Assembly (NCBI GenBank): GCA_965237525.1
Contig: CBDEFO010000008.1
Coordinates: forward strand, 1,408,001 to 1,472,000
Direction of reading: 5' to 3'
Length of the DNA stretch: 64,000 nt
DNA from: Candidatus Latescibacterota bacterium
GTDB taxonomy: Bacteria > Latescibacterota > CBDEFO01
Each line of letters opens with the position of its first letter. Within the stretch, counting starts at the first letter, position 1. The notes under the pieces were generated by a model that was not told the origin of the DNA, ran no database searches, and saw nothing but the letters and a program-made list of their open reading frames with translations. Position numbers and translations under genes: made by a program. This document shows, one piece after another, positions 52,420 through 62,892 of this stretch.

Positions 52420-53679
52420 ATGCCCGAAGAGAACGGCCCAGATCTTTTTGATGTCATCAAGGACTGTCTTGAGCGGGAGGATACGGATAGTTTGGTGGGT
52501 ATTTTAAAGGATCATCATCCTGCGGATGTGGCCCACGCTCTCAGACATTTAGATGAGGATGAAGGAGAACTTGTGTTCAGTCTATTAGGTGAGGAAGACT
52601 CCGGAATTGTGTTAGAAGAACTGGACAGGGCATCCAGGGTCGAGATTTTAGAGGACATAGACAGCAAAGAGTTGGTAGAGATCGTAGAGAATCTGCCTCC
52701 CGACGAAACGGGGGACATTATAGCTGATCTTCCCGAAGGGACGGCGGGGAGTTTAATGACTCCGCATCTGATCTCTGTTCAAAGGGACATGACCGTCCCG
52801 GAGGTTATAGATTATCTGAGGGATTCGGGCCAATCTGATGCGATATTTTACGTGTCGTGGTGGACAACCAGGATCGTCTTGTAGGTGTTGTCCTTATAAG
52901 GAGGCTTGTGACCGCTCAGCCCTGGATGGTTATGGCGGACATCTTAGATCCTGACGTTGTCGCCATAGATGTCCTGTTGGATCGAAAGGAGATAAAAAGG
53001 AGTTTCAGCAGGTACAATCTCTTAGCTGTTCCTGTTGTAGATGGGAACAATAAGCTTTTAGGTCAGATAACATCGGACGCTGTCCTGCACGCGGTGGAGG
53101 ATGAGGCTACTGAGGACGCATATAAGATGGCGGGGACCAGCGAAGAGGAGCAGGCGAGCCGGTCTGTTCTCAAGATAGCGGGGATAAGGCTTCCCCAGCT
53201 TTTGGTGTGTATGTTCGGGACTTTTATCTCTGCAAGTGTGATAAGATTCTTTCAGGTGACTTTAAGTCAAGCTATAGCGTTAGCCGCTTTCATCCCCGCT
53301 CTAATGGCGATGAGCGGCAGTAGCGGGCTCCAAACATCGACTATAATGGTCAGGGGTTTAGGGACAGGCTATGTCGATCCTTCTCACATACTGAAATTAG
53401 TTGCAAGGGAATTTGGGATAGTCTTGTGATAGGGGCAACTTGTGGGATTATCGCGGGAGTTGGGCCAAAGCTATGGATAGGTACCGCTATCTTCGGCATT
53501 ATTGTGGGAGGGGCTATATTTTTGGCTGTTCTTATAGCTTCAACTTTGGGGATTTTGATCCCCATTTTTTTCAAAAAGCTGGGCGTAGATCCCGCTGTGA
53601 CCTCAGGGCTTCGATAACCACAGCCAACGATGTCCTGGGGCTGTTTATCTATCTGTTCTTTGGCTACAGCTATGCTTAA
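52420..53679 (+). pseudogene. mgtE: Magnesium transporter MgtE pseudogene
   Basis: HPADVA, TAGSLMT, CBS pair, GVDPA and ITTANDVLG split over four ORFs; apparent internal deletion in the N-domain. Confidence 0.85.
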
Positions 53680-53710
53680 GTATTTCAGCCCTTAATTTGG
53701 AGATAAAAGT

Positions 53711-53741
53711 AGGGGACTCAAAATGAGCCCCCTTTCCTTTT
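53711..53741. terminator. Bidirectional terminator between convergent mgtE and yceI-like genes
   Basis: AGGGGACTCA-AAA-TGAGCCCCT with flanking A and T runs. Confidence 0.6.
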
Positions 53742-53767
53742 TGACTACCGTACGGATACTATCACTT

Positions 53768-54508
53768 TTACTCACCGCAAGGGTTGCAAGGATCTATCTT
53801 TTTACTGCAGGGGTCACAAGGATCCATCTTTTTACTGCAAGGGTCGCAAGGATCCATATGTTCGCCGCAAGGAGCGACAGTATTGGCGAACACATCGATG
53901 TCCACTTTGATGTTTTCATCTAACTTAAGGATTACCATCGTGGGAACTTTGATATTATAGTCTGAAAGCTTTATGATAAAAGTTCCCTCGACCCGCATTA
54001 AATCCCCAGGAAGCTTTAAGCGCGTCGTTTCGCTCTCCTTGAAGTAGGTCACCTTTAAGTCCATCTGCTGTTTACGCTTGACACCGTGGAGTTCAAATGT
54101 CCCCTCAGCTACAAGAGCTACTGTCTCCTGATCCGCCAAGGCGTCTTTGGAGGCTGAAATGACCTTATCCAGCGTAAATATAACCTTGGGGAATTTATCG
54201 GTCTCAAGGTATTTATCCCGCATGTGGCTGTCTCTAAGGCCTATTCCTGTCTTCATGCTGGCTAAATCGACCTCGAACTTGGCGGAAGTCCGATCCTTGA
54301 TGTTCATCGGATCGACTTTAATATCCCCTGTGATCTGATTGGTAACCCCGACAATGGTCTCCAAAGGAGCGTGGGATTCAAATCTCATCACGTTCCGCCC
54401 TACCTTGTCCTGAGCGTAGAACGTGGTGGTACCAGCCAGAACTACTGAGGATAATATCAAATATAGGACTGCGCTGAAGACGAGCGTCCTAAAGATGATT
54501 TTTCTCAT
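53768..54508 (-). CDS. Secreted YceI-family protein with a Cys-rich repeat tail
   Basis: AGGAGG RBS, signal peptide, KTGIGLRDSHM..LETDKFP, ELHGVKR, then DPCDPC repeats. Confidence 0.88.
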   Translation of the reverse strand: MRKIIFRTLVFSAVLYLILSSVVLAGTTTFYAQDKVGRNVMRFESHAPLETIVGVTNQITGDIKVDPMNIKDRTSAKFEVDLASMKTGIGLRDSHMRDKYLETDKFPKVIFTLDKVISASKDALADQETVALVAEGTFELHGVKRKQQMDLKVTYFKESETTRLKLPGDLMRVEGTFIIKLSDYNIKVPTMVILKLDENIKVDIDVFANTVAPCGEHMDPCDPCSKKMDPCDPCSKKIDPCNPCGE

Positions 54509-54522
54509 ATTTACCTCCTTAG

Positions 54523-56041
54523 AAGCCTTGTGAAAAACCCTTAGATTCAGAAAGTAGTATAGAACAAGCATTGATAAAGCAGCTCCGATGTATTATATTA
54601 TGTTATTGATAATATTATACATGGAGGAAACAATGACCCCACAAAAGCAGGAACAGACAAATCCGATGTTTCACTATTTTCAGATGGAGGATTTAGTTCC
54701 CGAGGATCATATCCTTCGTCAGATTGATGAGGCAGTTGATTTTTCATTTGTACGAGACGTTGTATCAGATTGTTATTGCCCTGACAATGGCAGACCCGGT
54801 ATTGATCCTGAATTAGTTGTTCGAATGATCCTTATTGGCTATCTGTATAATTTGAGTGAGAATCGGCTCTGTCAGGAAGTGGGGATGCATGCGGCATATC
54901 GGTTGTTTTGTCATCAGACATTTGATGATGCGGTTCCGGATAGGAGCACGATCAACAAGCTTCGCAATCACAAGTGGGCATCCAGTGGGTTGTTTGAACG
55001 GATAATGCGTCAGGTAGTCCAGTGTTGCATAGATGTCGGTGTTGTGAGCGGTAAACACCTTAGTGTCGACGGCACTCAGATACAAGCTGATGCTTCAGTG
55101 AAAAGTATTGAGCCGATAGAACCCCCTGTTTCTCTTGATGATTATCTCAAGGGAATCGGTTTTGAAGGTGATAAGACAAAGGGTAGGTCCGGGCATCCTC
55201 AGGATAAAGACTTTCATGGTGAAAAGTGGACGAACCAAACACACCGTTCGACTACAGACCCCGACGCGCGCTTATACAGCAAATCGAAGGGCAAAGGGGC
55301 TTTTCTCTCGTTTATGGGCCATGATCTGATCGACACAAAAAGCAGAGTAATCCTTGAGACTCAGGGCACGCAGGCGACAGGGACAGCAGAGCCCGAAAGT
55401 GCCCTTAAGATGGTAGATGACCTTGAAACATACACCATGCCCAAAGACATTCAGACACTTAGTGCCGATACCGGTTACGGTTCTGGTAATTTTATCGCTG
55501 ATGTACTTGACCGGGGAATCATACCCCATATTCCTCTGCGAGCCGATGAGAAGATTGAACCGATTCCTACATGGAAAAACAAGACAAATTCAGCACATAT
55601 TCAGGCCGAACGGGATAGAAAAGTGCGAGAGGCGAAAGCCAGAAATCATGCACGGTCTATCTCATTAACAGCTGACTACAAACTCTCCCGGAGACTCCGT
55701 AAACGCAGTGAACATATCTTTGCTGAAGCCAGGCAACAACACGGTATGGGACGAGCCCGTTATAGAGGACCAGCCTCACTGAATGAACAGTTGAATCTTG
55801 TTGCAACAGTACAGAATCTCAAGAGGCTTGTATCTTTCATAAGAAGGGGGAAAGCGTCTATGTGTGCCCTGTCTGTCAAAGACAGTGCATCCTGTTCTTC
55901 AAACAGCTCCTGTTCCTTGCTGACCAGAACTCTGATAAGACTATTTTGCTTATTCCACAGCAAAACGATACGATATGCTACTCTTTGACCCATAATCGGC
56001 GCTTCAGACGCTGCCTGGGACATAACTATTTCACAAGGCTT
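54523..56041 (+). mobile_element. IS1182-family element, copy 2 (intact), TTAG target duplication
   Basis: TIRs AAGCCTTGTGAAA; TTAG at 54519-54522 and 56042-56045. Confidence 0.95.
54588..55988 (+). CDS. IS1182-family transposase
   Basis: LVPEDHILR, GRPGIDP, PDRSTI, VDGTQIQADAS, TDPDAR, ADTGY, RKRSEHIFAE. Confidence 0.93.
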   Translation: MYYIMLLIILYMEETMTPQKQEQTNPMFHYFQMEDLVPEDHILRQIDEAVDFSFVRDVVSDCYCPDNGRPGIDPELVVRMILIGYLYNLSENRLCQEVGMHAAYRLFCHQTFDDAVPDRSTINKLRNHKWASSGLFERIMRQVVQCCIDVGVVSGKHLSVDGTQIQADASVKSIEPIEPPVSLDDYLKGIGFEGDKTKGRSGHPQDKDFHGEKWTNQTHRSTTDPDARLYSKSKGKGAFLSFMGHDLIDTKSRVILETQGTQATGTAEPESALKMVDDLETYTMPKDIQTLSADTGYGSGNFIADVLDRGIIPHIPLRADEKIEPIPTWKNKTNSAHIQAERDRKVREAKARNHARSISLTADYKLSRRLRKRSEHIFAEARQQHGMGRARYRGPASLNEQLNLVATVQNLKRLVSFIRRGKASMCALSVKDSASCSSNSSCSLLTRTLIRLFCLFHSKTIRYATL

Positions 56042-56389
56042 TTAGAGAGTTGATGGTTTTTTACCTATCTTCTTGTGGAATTAAGATACGAAATTATAGA
56101 AACGCAGTCAATAGAAAAATCGTGTTATCGTCTATCACCTCCCCTTCATTTGTAAAGGTAAGGAGGCCTTTGACAAAAGTGCGATCATGTGACGGAACAT
56201 CGGGTAGGATTCCGTGAATTTGGCTTGACAAAATTTGGCGATAGAATAAATTTACACTCTAAGTTCCTGTCTTAATCGGCAAATGGGTTATCTGTTGATA
56301 TTTCGAGTCAAGCGGAACGTCCGCCGCGATAGCAGATTGAGGATCTTTCCCTGGTAGCTACGATATTGAAGGGAGGCAGATGAGATAAT

Positions 56390-57349
56390 ATGTTGGATCT
56401 TTACTTGGGCGTTGATTTAGGCGGGACAAATGTGTGTTCGGCTCTGGTAGATGAGGACGGGAATATATTGGGGAGGGATAAGAGACCGATGATATTTAAT
56501 TTGGGCGTGGACAGAGCGATAGAGACGATGATTGCGAGTATGAAAAATGCCCTGAAGGACGGAGGATATGAGACTTCCGATTTAAAGGCGATAGGGATAG
56601 GGTCTCCCGGGCCTTTGAATCCGTTTACGGGCGTGATAATAAACGCTGTCAATTTGCCGGGGTTTCGGAATTTACCCTTAAAGGCAATCATGGAAGAGGA
56701 ATTTGGGGTTCCCGTAGCGGTGGACAACGATGCCAATGTAGTGGCCCTCGGGGAACAGTGGAAAGGCGCTGGAATGGGTGTCGAAAATTTTCTGTGTGTC
56801 ACGCTGGGGACAGGCATAGGGGGAGGAGTCATATCTGAGGGAAAACTTCTGAGAGGGTTCAACGGCAACGCCGCTGAAGTTGGTCACATAACCGTAGATT
56901 ACAATGGGCCTCGATGCAACTGTGGGAATTACGGGTGCGTCGAGGTGTACGCCTCTGCGACGGCGATGGTCAGGAGGACTATAGAAAAGATGGAAAAGGA
57001 AAAGCCGGACACAAGTTTGAAGGACGCGCAAAAGATCACAACTGAGGAGATATTCAAGGCGGCAAACGCGGGCGACAAGTTCGCTTCGGATATGTTTAAG
57101 GAAACAGGAAAGTTTTTGGGCATCGGCATAGTGAGTATGATAAACGTGCTAAACGTTGAAGTAGTGGCGATAGGGGGAGGTTTGGCGGGAGCGGGGGACC
57201 TGATATTTGAGCCGGTCAGAGAGGTCGTATTGCAACGGGGAATCTCAGGTGTGAAGGAAAAAGTCCGGATTGTCCCCGTGGAGTTGGGAGATGACGCTCC
57301 GCTTTTTGGAGCGGCGAAGTTAGCTATGGAAGGGGGAGCCTCTGCTTAG
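56390..57349 (+). CDS. ROK family sugar kinase (glucokinase-like)
   Basis: DLGGT, GSPG, NDAN, LGTGIGGG, EVGH, CNCGNYGCVE. Confidence 0.93.
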   Translation: MLDLYLGVDLGGTNVCSALVDEDGNILGRDKRPMIFNLGVDRAIETMIASMKNALKDGGYETSDLKAIGIGSPGPLNPFTGVIINAVNLPGFRNLPLKAIMEEEFGVPVAVDNDANVVALGEQWKGAGMGVENFLCVTLGTGIGGGVISEGKLLRGFNGNAAEVGHITVDYNGPRCNCGNYGCVEVYASATAMVRRTIEKMEKEKPDTSLKDAQKITTEEIFKAANAGDKFASDMFKETGKFLGIGIVSMINVLNVEVVAIGGGLAGAGDLIFEPVREVVLQRGISGVKEKVRIVPVELGDDAPLFGAAKLAMEGGASA

Positions 57350-57806
57350 GGGTTTTGGATCTATATGTGCGGCGGCCTTAATTCTTGTTCTGTCGGGGAA
57401 TGCGGACGTGCTAGCTCAGCCAGAAAGCTCCGAGGCGGATACAACCATAAAGATCAAGTCTCCGACAGGCGCGCTCCTTAGATCTCTGGTAGTCCCGGGA
57501 TGGGGACAGTTCTACAACCAGAAGTACATAAAGACAGGCTTGGTGGCAACAGCTGAGATTTCTCTCCTTGCGGCGGCTATCGTCAGGAATAATCAGGCAC
57601 AGAAGAGCGCTTCTTTGGCTGAAAAGGACTCTTTGAAAGAGAGCAGAAATACTTTCGTCGTATGGCTTATGGGAACGGTTCTCTACAGCATCATAGACGC
57701 CTACGTGGACGCCCATTTATACGACTTTGAGGAGAAAAAAGGCGAAGGAGTTGAGGTATCTGTTTATATAAGGGGAACAGGCCTGGCGATTCGGATGGAT
57801 TTCTAG
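57342..57806 (+). CDS. DUF5683-like membrane protein (possible CTG start)
   Basis: KSPTGALLRSLVVPGWGQFYN, IDAYVDAHL; an in-frame signal peptide extends to 57342. Confidence 0.8.
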   Translation: MLRGFGSICAAALILVLSGNADVLAQPESSEADTTIKIKSPTGALLRSLVVPGWGQFYNQKYIKTGLVATAEISLLAAAIVRNNQAQKSASLAEKDSLKESRNTFVVWLMGTVLYSIIDAYVDAHLYDFEEKKGEGVEVSVYIRGTGLAIRMDF

Positions 57807-57865
57807 TGACTATAAAAAAGAACAGTGCCAATCTTCCCACTGTGCTTTTTGAGTCAGTCTTAAAT
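57751..57865 (+). repeat. Direct repeat copy 1 (3' end of the DUF5683 gene plus terminator)
   Basis: 70 bp identical to 59108-59177, then imperfect. Confidence 0.92.
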
Positions 57866-57945
57866 TTTAGACTTTGAAGATCTGTCCTTTATATAAAATA
57901 ATCTATCTCTCAAAAGAGTACTATCGCAAACCGGGCAGTTTGGAC

Positions 57946-58008
57946 GTCTAACGGAAACAGGATCAGCCGCACTGTTCGTTCGGTGGCGGCTGGATCCCGT
58001 GGTTAGGC
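57946..58008 (-). other. Integron attC-like recombination site
   Basis: GCCTAAC (contains the hicA stop)...GGATCCAGCCGC / GCGGCTGATCC with one extrahelical base...GTTAGAC. Confidence 0.75.
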
Positions 58009-58191
58009 AGGTTCGGGAACCTGGAGGTCACGGCAGATCTTTCGAGCAAGAAACTGGTTGATCTCACGGTGCCTGGGAATAACCGATGTCTTCTGTACCG
58101 CCCGATTAACATAAACGGTATAGTTGCCACCCTCACGCAGGAATTCACAACCATGTACTTCCAAGTGCCGGATCAAGTCACGACGCTTCAT
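58003..58191 (-). CDS. hicA: HicA family mRNA interferase toxin
   Basis: MKRRDLIRHLE..REG..IPRHREI..ICRDL. Confidence 0.9.
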   Translation of the reverse strand: MKRRDLIRHLEVHGCEFLREGGNYTVYVNRAVQKTSVIPRHREINQFLARKICRDLQVPEPA

Positions 58192-58412
58192 TCCCCGAAA
58201 ACAGGCAGCAGTTCGCGGATCACTTCCTTCCCTTTCAACGACTCTTCAGCGAGTGTGCGGTTCGCTTCCAGGACGAGCACGGTTGCCTCCTGCAGATTGG
58301 CGCGTGCCTCCTCCAAGGTCGCGCCTTGGGTGTTCGCCCCGGGCAACTCTTCGACGAAACCGATATACCCTTCCGGTACTTTCTGAAACACCGCGGTCAG
58401 TTTGATTTTCAT
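58188..58412 (-). CDS. hicB: HicB family antitoxin
   Basis: EELPGANTQGATLEEARANLQEA; overlaps the hicA start. Confidence 0.9.
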   Translation of the reverse strand: MKIKLTAVFQKVPEGYIGFVEELPGANTQGATLEEARANLQEATVLVLEANRTLAEESLKGKEVIRELLPVFGE

Positions 58413-58473
58413 TCAGACCCCTCCAGGTTTCTATGCATAACACCTCCTGCGCCAGGAATTCAGCGTTCAATCT

Positions 58474-58543
58474 GCCTAATGTCCAAGCTAACCCACCAGA
58501 CTGGGGAGTTCGCCACGCCGTCAGGTCCCTTCGCTCGTTAGAC
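58474..58543 (-). other. Degenerate attC-like site
   Basis: GTCTAAC...ATTAGGC, just after the corrected stop of the BsuPI-like gene. Confidence 0.45.
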
Positions 58544-58550
58544 GGCGAGA

Positions 58551-59020
58551 TCACCTCACCTCTATGACGAGGCTTGCCGACATCGGCCAGTCGCTTGCCG
58601 TTAAAGCGCCGGTGATTCTGTATGTCCCGGGATCGAGTTTTCCCTCATATTTTTCGGAGTGGTGATTTCCTCCCTTTCAGGCCATATCTTCTCCTCTCCC
58701 AACATCTGCGCGAACATCTGTCCATCCGACCAGTGCCAGACTTCCTTCGCTCCGAGAAATTCTATAAGTTGATCTGTTTCCACCTCCTCTTGGATGGTAA
58801 AGTCGAATCTCTGGGCATCGCTGAAGTGGAGGGTGATCTCTTCACCTGTTTGGTTGAAGACGCAAAACTCCATAGTGATCGGTTGACCCGCCGTGTAAAC
58901 CGCCCGGTCGGCTGTCAGCTGTACACCGAATCTCGAATCCTGCATGTTCTCGTCTCCCAGCATCGCGACGCTGAACAGCGCTAACATAGCCCCTCCTATC
59001 ACGATCATCTTTAACAACAT
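58551..59020 (-). pseudogene. BsuPI-like (intracellular proteinase inhibitor) domain gene with a frameshift near 58660
   Basis: LHFSDAQRFDF, WHWSDGQMFAQML; the shifted frame gives KLDPGTYRITGALT..LVIEVR*. Confidence 0.7.
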
Positions 59021-59107
59021 ACTTCTTTCTCCTTCTCTACAACAAAAAACTGGAGCGCTAACAGCAGCGCCCCAGTTTTCACAGCCGATTCTCAGACCTT
59101 TACAGGC

Positions 59108-59222
59108 TTGAGGTATCTGTTTATATAAGGGGAACAGGCCTGGCGATTCGGATGGATTTCTAGTGACTATAAAAAAGCACAGCGAGAATCTTCCCACTGT
59201 GCTTTTCAAGTCAGCCTTAAAT
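59108..59222 (+). repeat. Direct repeat copy 2
   Basis: Matches 57751-57865. Confidence 0.92.
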
Positions 59223-59254
59223 CAGACTGTGAGGATTTGCCTTTTACACATCAT

Positions 59255-60154
59255 TTAGTAAAGTTCGTTAATCCCTGCTATATCTCCTGCATTGAGGTCT
59301 CTCTTCTTTATCTCTCCAGTCCCAGCAAATCTATACATGGTTTCCTCAGTGCAATCGTCGCTAGGATGACCCATACCAAGGGCATGGCCAATTTCGTGGG
59401 ATGCTATGTTTTCAAAGTCCATCTTACCTGCTTCTCCTGCGGCGCTCCAATCAAAATCTACATCATCGTATACTTGATCCCACTCTACTAACCGTCTATT
59501 GAACGGAGGACCCCCAAATACCCCCCATACTATGGTTACTGCGATTGCTCCTGAGCTACTCACATCTGCAAAGTATACTTCATTATTATCATCTGGACTT
59601 TGTGTGTCAGCAACTAATGTCGCTGTGGTAGAGCTGCCATCGCCAAGTATATTAATGCCCGAAGCATCTTCCCATTTCTGGATGTCTGCTCCAAGATTAC
59701 TAAACACAAAACTCCCACTTAATCCTGTTGTATTGGTTGGGTTAACAATCCATGGCTCAACAGTTTTCCATTTGGCGCCCTTTGCCATGAAGGCGAAGCA
59801 GGTAGATTCTCCACCTCCACCGCCTTTGTCTTTTTTCCCGCCACCTGGCGAGCCTGATGGCTTAGCGAATCCATCTTTAGGGTGAATTATCATGAATCCT
59901 TGTACTGGTGTTCCGTCTACGTCAACCGCATGTCCCAAATCGAAAACGTTATCTGCCACCTGCACTGCATGGACTGGTATTGTAACGGCAGGGTTTCTAC
60001 TTCCTTTTGTAACTGTTGCGGATAAGAAATGTGGCTTTCCGCTCGGCTGGACACCTTGATCGCTCATGGGTGAAAGCGGGCCAATGCCCTCACCGCAACT
60101 AAGCCAGACCAAGGCCATAACGATAACAACAGCTAATAGAGAAAAACTTTTCAC
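59255..60154 (-). CDS. Matrixin-family (metzincin) lipoprotein protease
   Basis: LSC lipobox, HEIGHALGMGH, ETMY Met-turn. Confidence 0.9.
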   Translation of the reverse strand: MKSFSLLAVVIVMALVWLSCGEGIGPLSPMSDQGVQPSGKPHFLSATVTKGSRNPAVTIPVHAVQVADNVFDLGHAVDVDGTPVQGFMIIHPKDGFAKPSGSPGGGKKDKGGGGGESTCFAFMAKGAKWKTVEPWIVNPTNTTGLSGSFVFSNLGADIQKWEDASGINILGDGSSTTATLVADTQSPDDNNEVYFADVSSSGAIAVTIVWGVFGGPPFNRRLVEWDQVYDDVDFDWSAAGEAGKMDFENIASHEIGHALGMGHPSDDCTEETMYRFAGTGEIKKRDLNAGDIAGINELY

Positions 60155-60285
60155 TGTACCTGCCTCCTTTGGAGGTTACACCTGATATGACACTTCAGGC
60201 ATATGTGTAGTGGTATAACAACTCTTAATTTTGGGCACATATATCCTTCTTAGTATAGTATCGGTCAATATAAAGAAAACATTAA

Positions 60286-61804
60286 AAGCCTTGTGAAATA
60301 GTTATGTCCCAGGCAGCGTCTGAAGCGCCGATTATGGGTCAAAGAGTAGCATATCGTATCGTTTTGCTGTGGAATAAGCAAAATAGTCTTATCAGAGTTC
60401 TGGTCAGCAAGGAACAGGAGCTGTTTGAAGAACAGGATGCACTGTCTTTGACAGGCAGGGCACACATAGACGCTTTCCCCCTTCTTATGAAAGATACAAG
60501 CCTCTTGAGATTCTGTACTGTTGCAACAAGATTCAACTGTTCATTCAGTGAGGCTGGTCCTCTATAACGGGCTCGTCCCATACCGTGTTGTTGCCTGGCT
60601 TCAGCAAAGATATGTTCACTGCGTTTACGGAGTCTCCGGGAGAGTTTGTAGTCAGCTGTTAATGAGATAGACCGTGCATGATTTCTGGCTTTCGCCTCTC
60701 GCACTTTTCTATCCCGTTCGGCCTGAATATGTGCTGAATTTGTCTTGTTTTTCCATGTAGGAATCGGTTCAATCTTCTCATCGGCTCGCAGAGGAATATG
60801 GGGTATGATTCCCCGGTCAAGTACATCAGCGATAAAATTACCAGAACCGTAACCGGTATCGGCACTAAGTGTCTGAATGTCTTTGGGCATGGTGTATGTT
60901 TCAAGGTCATCTACCATCTTAAGGGCACTTTCGGGCTCTGCTGTCCCTGTCGCCTGCGTGCCCTGAGTCTCAAGGATTACTCTGCTTTTTGTGTCGATCA
61001 GATCATGGCCCATAAACGAGAGAAAAGCCCCTTTGCCCTTCGATTTGCTGTATAAGCGCGCGTCGGGGTCTGTAGTCGAACGGTGTGTTTGGTTCGTCCA
61101 CTTTTCACCATGAAAGTCTTTATCCTGAGGATGCCCGGACCTACCCTTTGTCTTATCACCTTCAAAACCGATTCCCTTGAGATAATCATCAAGAGAAACA
61201 GGGGGTTCTATCGGCTCAATACTTTTCACTGAAGCATCAGCTTGTATCTGAGTGCCGTCGACACTAAGGTGTTTACCGCTCACAAGACCGACATCTATGC
61301 AACACTGGACTACCTGACGCATTATCCGTTCAAACAACCCACTGGATGCCCACTTGTGATTGCGAAGCTTGTTGATCGTGCTCCTATCCGGAACCGCATC
61401 ATCAAATGTCTGATGACAAAACAACCGATATGCCGCATGCATCCCCACTTCCTGACAGAGCCGATTCTCACTCAAATTATACAGATAGCCAATAAGGATC
61501 ATTCGAACAACTAATTCAGGATCAATACCGGGTCTGCCATTGTCAGGGCAATAACAATCTGATACAACGTCTCGTACAAATGAAAAATCAACTGCCTCAT
61601 CAATCTGACGAAGGATATGATCCTCGGGAACTAAATCCTCCATCTGAAAATAGTGAAACATCGGATTTGTCTGTTCCTGCTTTTGTGGGGTCATTGTTTC
61701 CTCCATGTATAATATTATCAATAACATAATATAATACATCGGAGCTGCTTTATCAATGCTTGTTCTATACTACTTTCTGAATCTAAGGGTTTTTCACAAG
61801 GCTT
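60286..61804 (-). mobile_element. IS1182-family element, copy 3 (intact), TTAA target duplication
   Basis: TIRs; TTAA at 60282-60285 and 61805-61808. Confidence 0.95.
60339..61739 (-). CDS. IS1182-family transposase
   Basis: 466 aa, near-identical to 54588-55988. Confidence 0.93.
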   Translation of the reverse strand: MYYIMLLIILYMEETMTPQKQEQTNPMFHYFQMEDLVPEDHILRQIDEAVDFSFVRDVVSDCYCPDNGRPGIDPELVVRMILIGYLYNLSENRLCQEVGMHAAYRLFCHQTFDDAVPDRSTINKLRNHKWASSGLFERIMRQVVQCCIDVGLVSGKHLSVDGTQIQADASVKSIEPIEPPVSLDDYLKGIGFEGDKTKGRSGHPQDKDFHGEKWTNQTHRSTTDPDARLYSKSKGKGAFLSFMGHDLIDTKSRVILETQGTQATGTAEPESALKMVDDLETYTMPKDIQTLSADTGYGSGNFIADVLDRGIIPHIPLRADEKIEPIPTWKNKTNSAHIQAERDRKVREAKARNHARSISLTADYKLSRRLRKRSEHIFAEARQQHGMGRARYRGPASLNEQLNLVATVQNLKRLVSFIRRGKASMCALPVKDSASCSSNSSCSLLTRTLIRLFCLFHSKTIRYATL

Positions 61805-62892
61805 TTAAAGAGATTCTGATTAGCGAGTTGGTTCTGGGCTTTTGGACATTTGGATTTGCCCCTTCAGTTGCTTCTGCACCGGGGATCATTTCCACCGTGG
61901 CGGGAAATGGAAACCGTGGGTTTTCCGGCGATGGAGGTCCAGCCACCGAGGCGAGCTTGAGTGCTCCTAGGAGCGTATTCGTGGATGGATCGGGGGTTAT
62001 CTATATCGCGGCAAATCTCCGGATACGCAAGGTGGATACGTCGGCCAACATCTCCACCGTGGCGGGAAATGGCATCGTGGGATCTTCCGGCGATGGAGGT
62101 TCAGCCACCGAGGCGAGCGTGAGGTACCCTTCTGGCGTATTCGTGGATGGATCGGGCAATATCTATATTGCGGATAGAAGTCGGATTCGCAAGGTTGATA
62201 CATCAGGCATCGTCTCCACTGTGGCGGGAAGTGGAAACCATGGGTTTTCCGGCGATGGAGGTCCAGCCACCGAGGCGAGCGTGAGGTACCCTACTGGCGT
62301 ATTCGTGGATGGATCGGGCAATATCTATATTGCGGATACGAACAATATTCGGATACGCAAGGTGGATACGTCGGGCATCATCTCCACCGTGGCGGGAAAT
62401 GGAACCCGTGGTTTTTCCGGCGATGGAGGTCTAGGCACCAGTGCGAGCTTGGAGAATCCTACCGCCGTATTTGTGGATGGATCACGCAATATCTATATTG
62501 CGGATTGCGGGAATCATCGGATACGTAAGGTGGATACATCTGGTATCATCTCCACCGTGGCGGGAAATGGAACTCGTGGTTTTTCCGGCGATGGTGGTCT
62601 AGCCACCAGTGCGAGTTTGAATTTTCCTCAGGGCGTATTCGTGGATGGATTGGGCAATATCTATATTGGGGATACCGCCAATCACCGGATACGTAAGGTG
62701 GAGGGCATTCTTGTAGGAGATTTCGACGGAGACAATGAAGTAGGTCTCTCCGATTTTGTCCTTTTTCTGGATGTGTTCGGAACTATGACTAGTTCGGACG
62801 AGTGGAATCCTACATTTGATTTAGACGGTAAGGGAGAGGTTGGTCTGTCGGACTTTGTGATCTTTCTGGATAACTTCGGCAGTACAGGATAG
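61805..62892 (+). CDS. NHL-repeat protein with a C-terminal dockerin/EF-hand-like module (start uncertain)
   Basis: About five ISTVAGNG..GFSGDGG.AT.A..P.GVFVDGSGNIYIAD repeats; GDFDGDNEVGLSDF and DLDGKGEVGLSDF. Confidence 0.85.

Noticed and set aside
61860..62700. DGR template/variable repeat pair
   Set aside because: Repeats are in-frame NHL units, differences are not adenine-specific, and no reverse transcriptase is present
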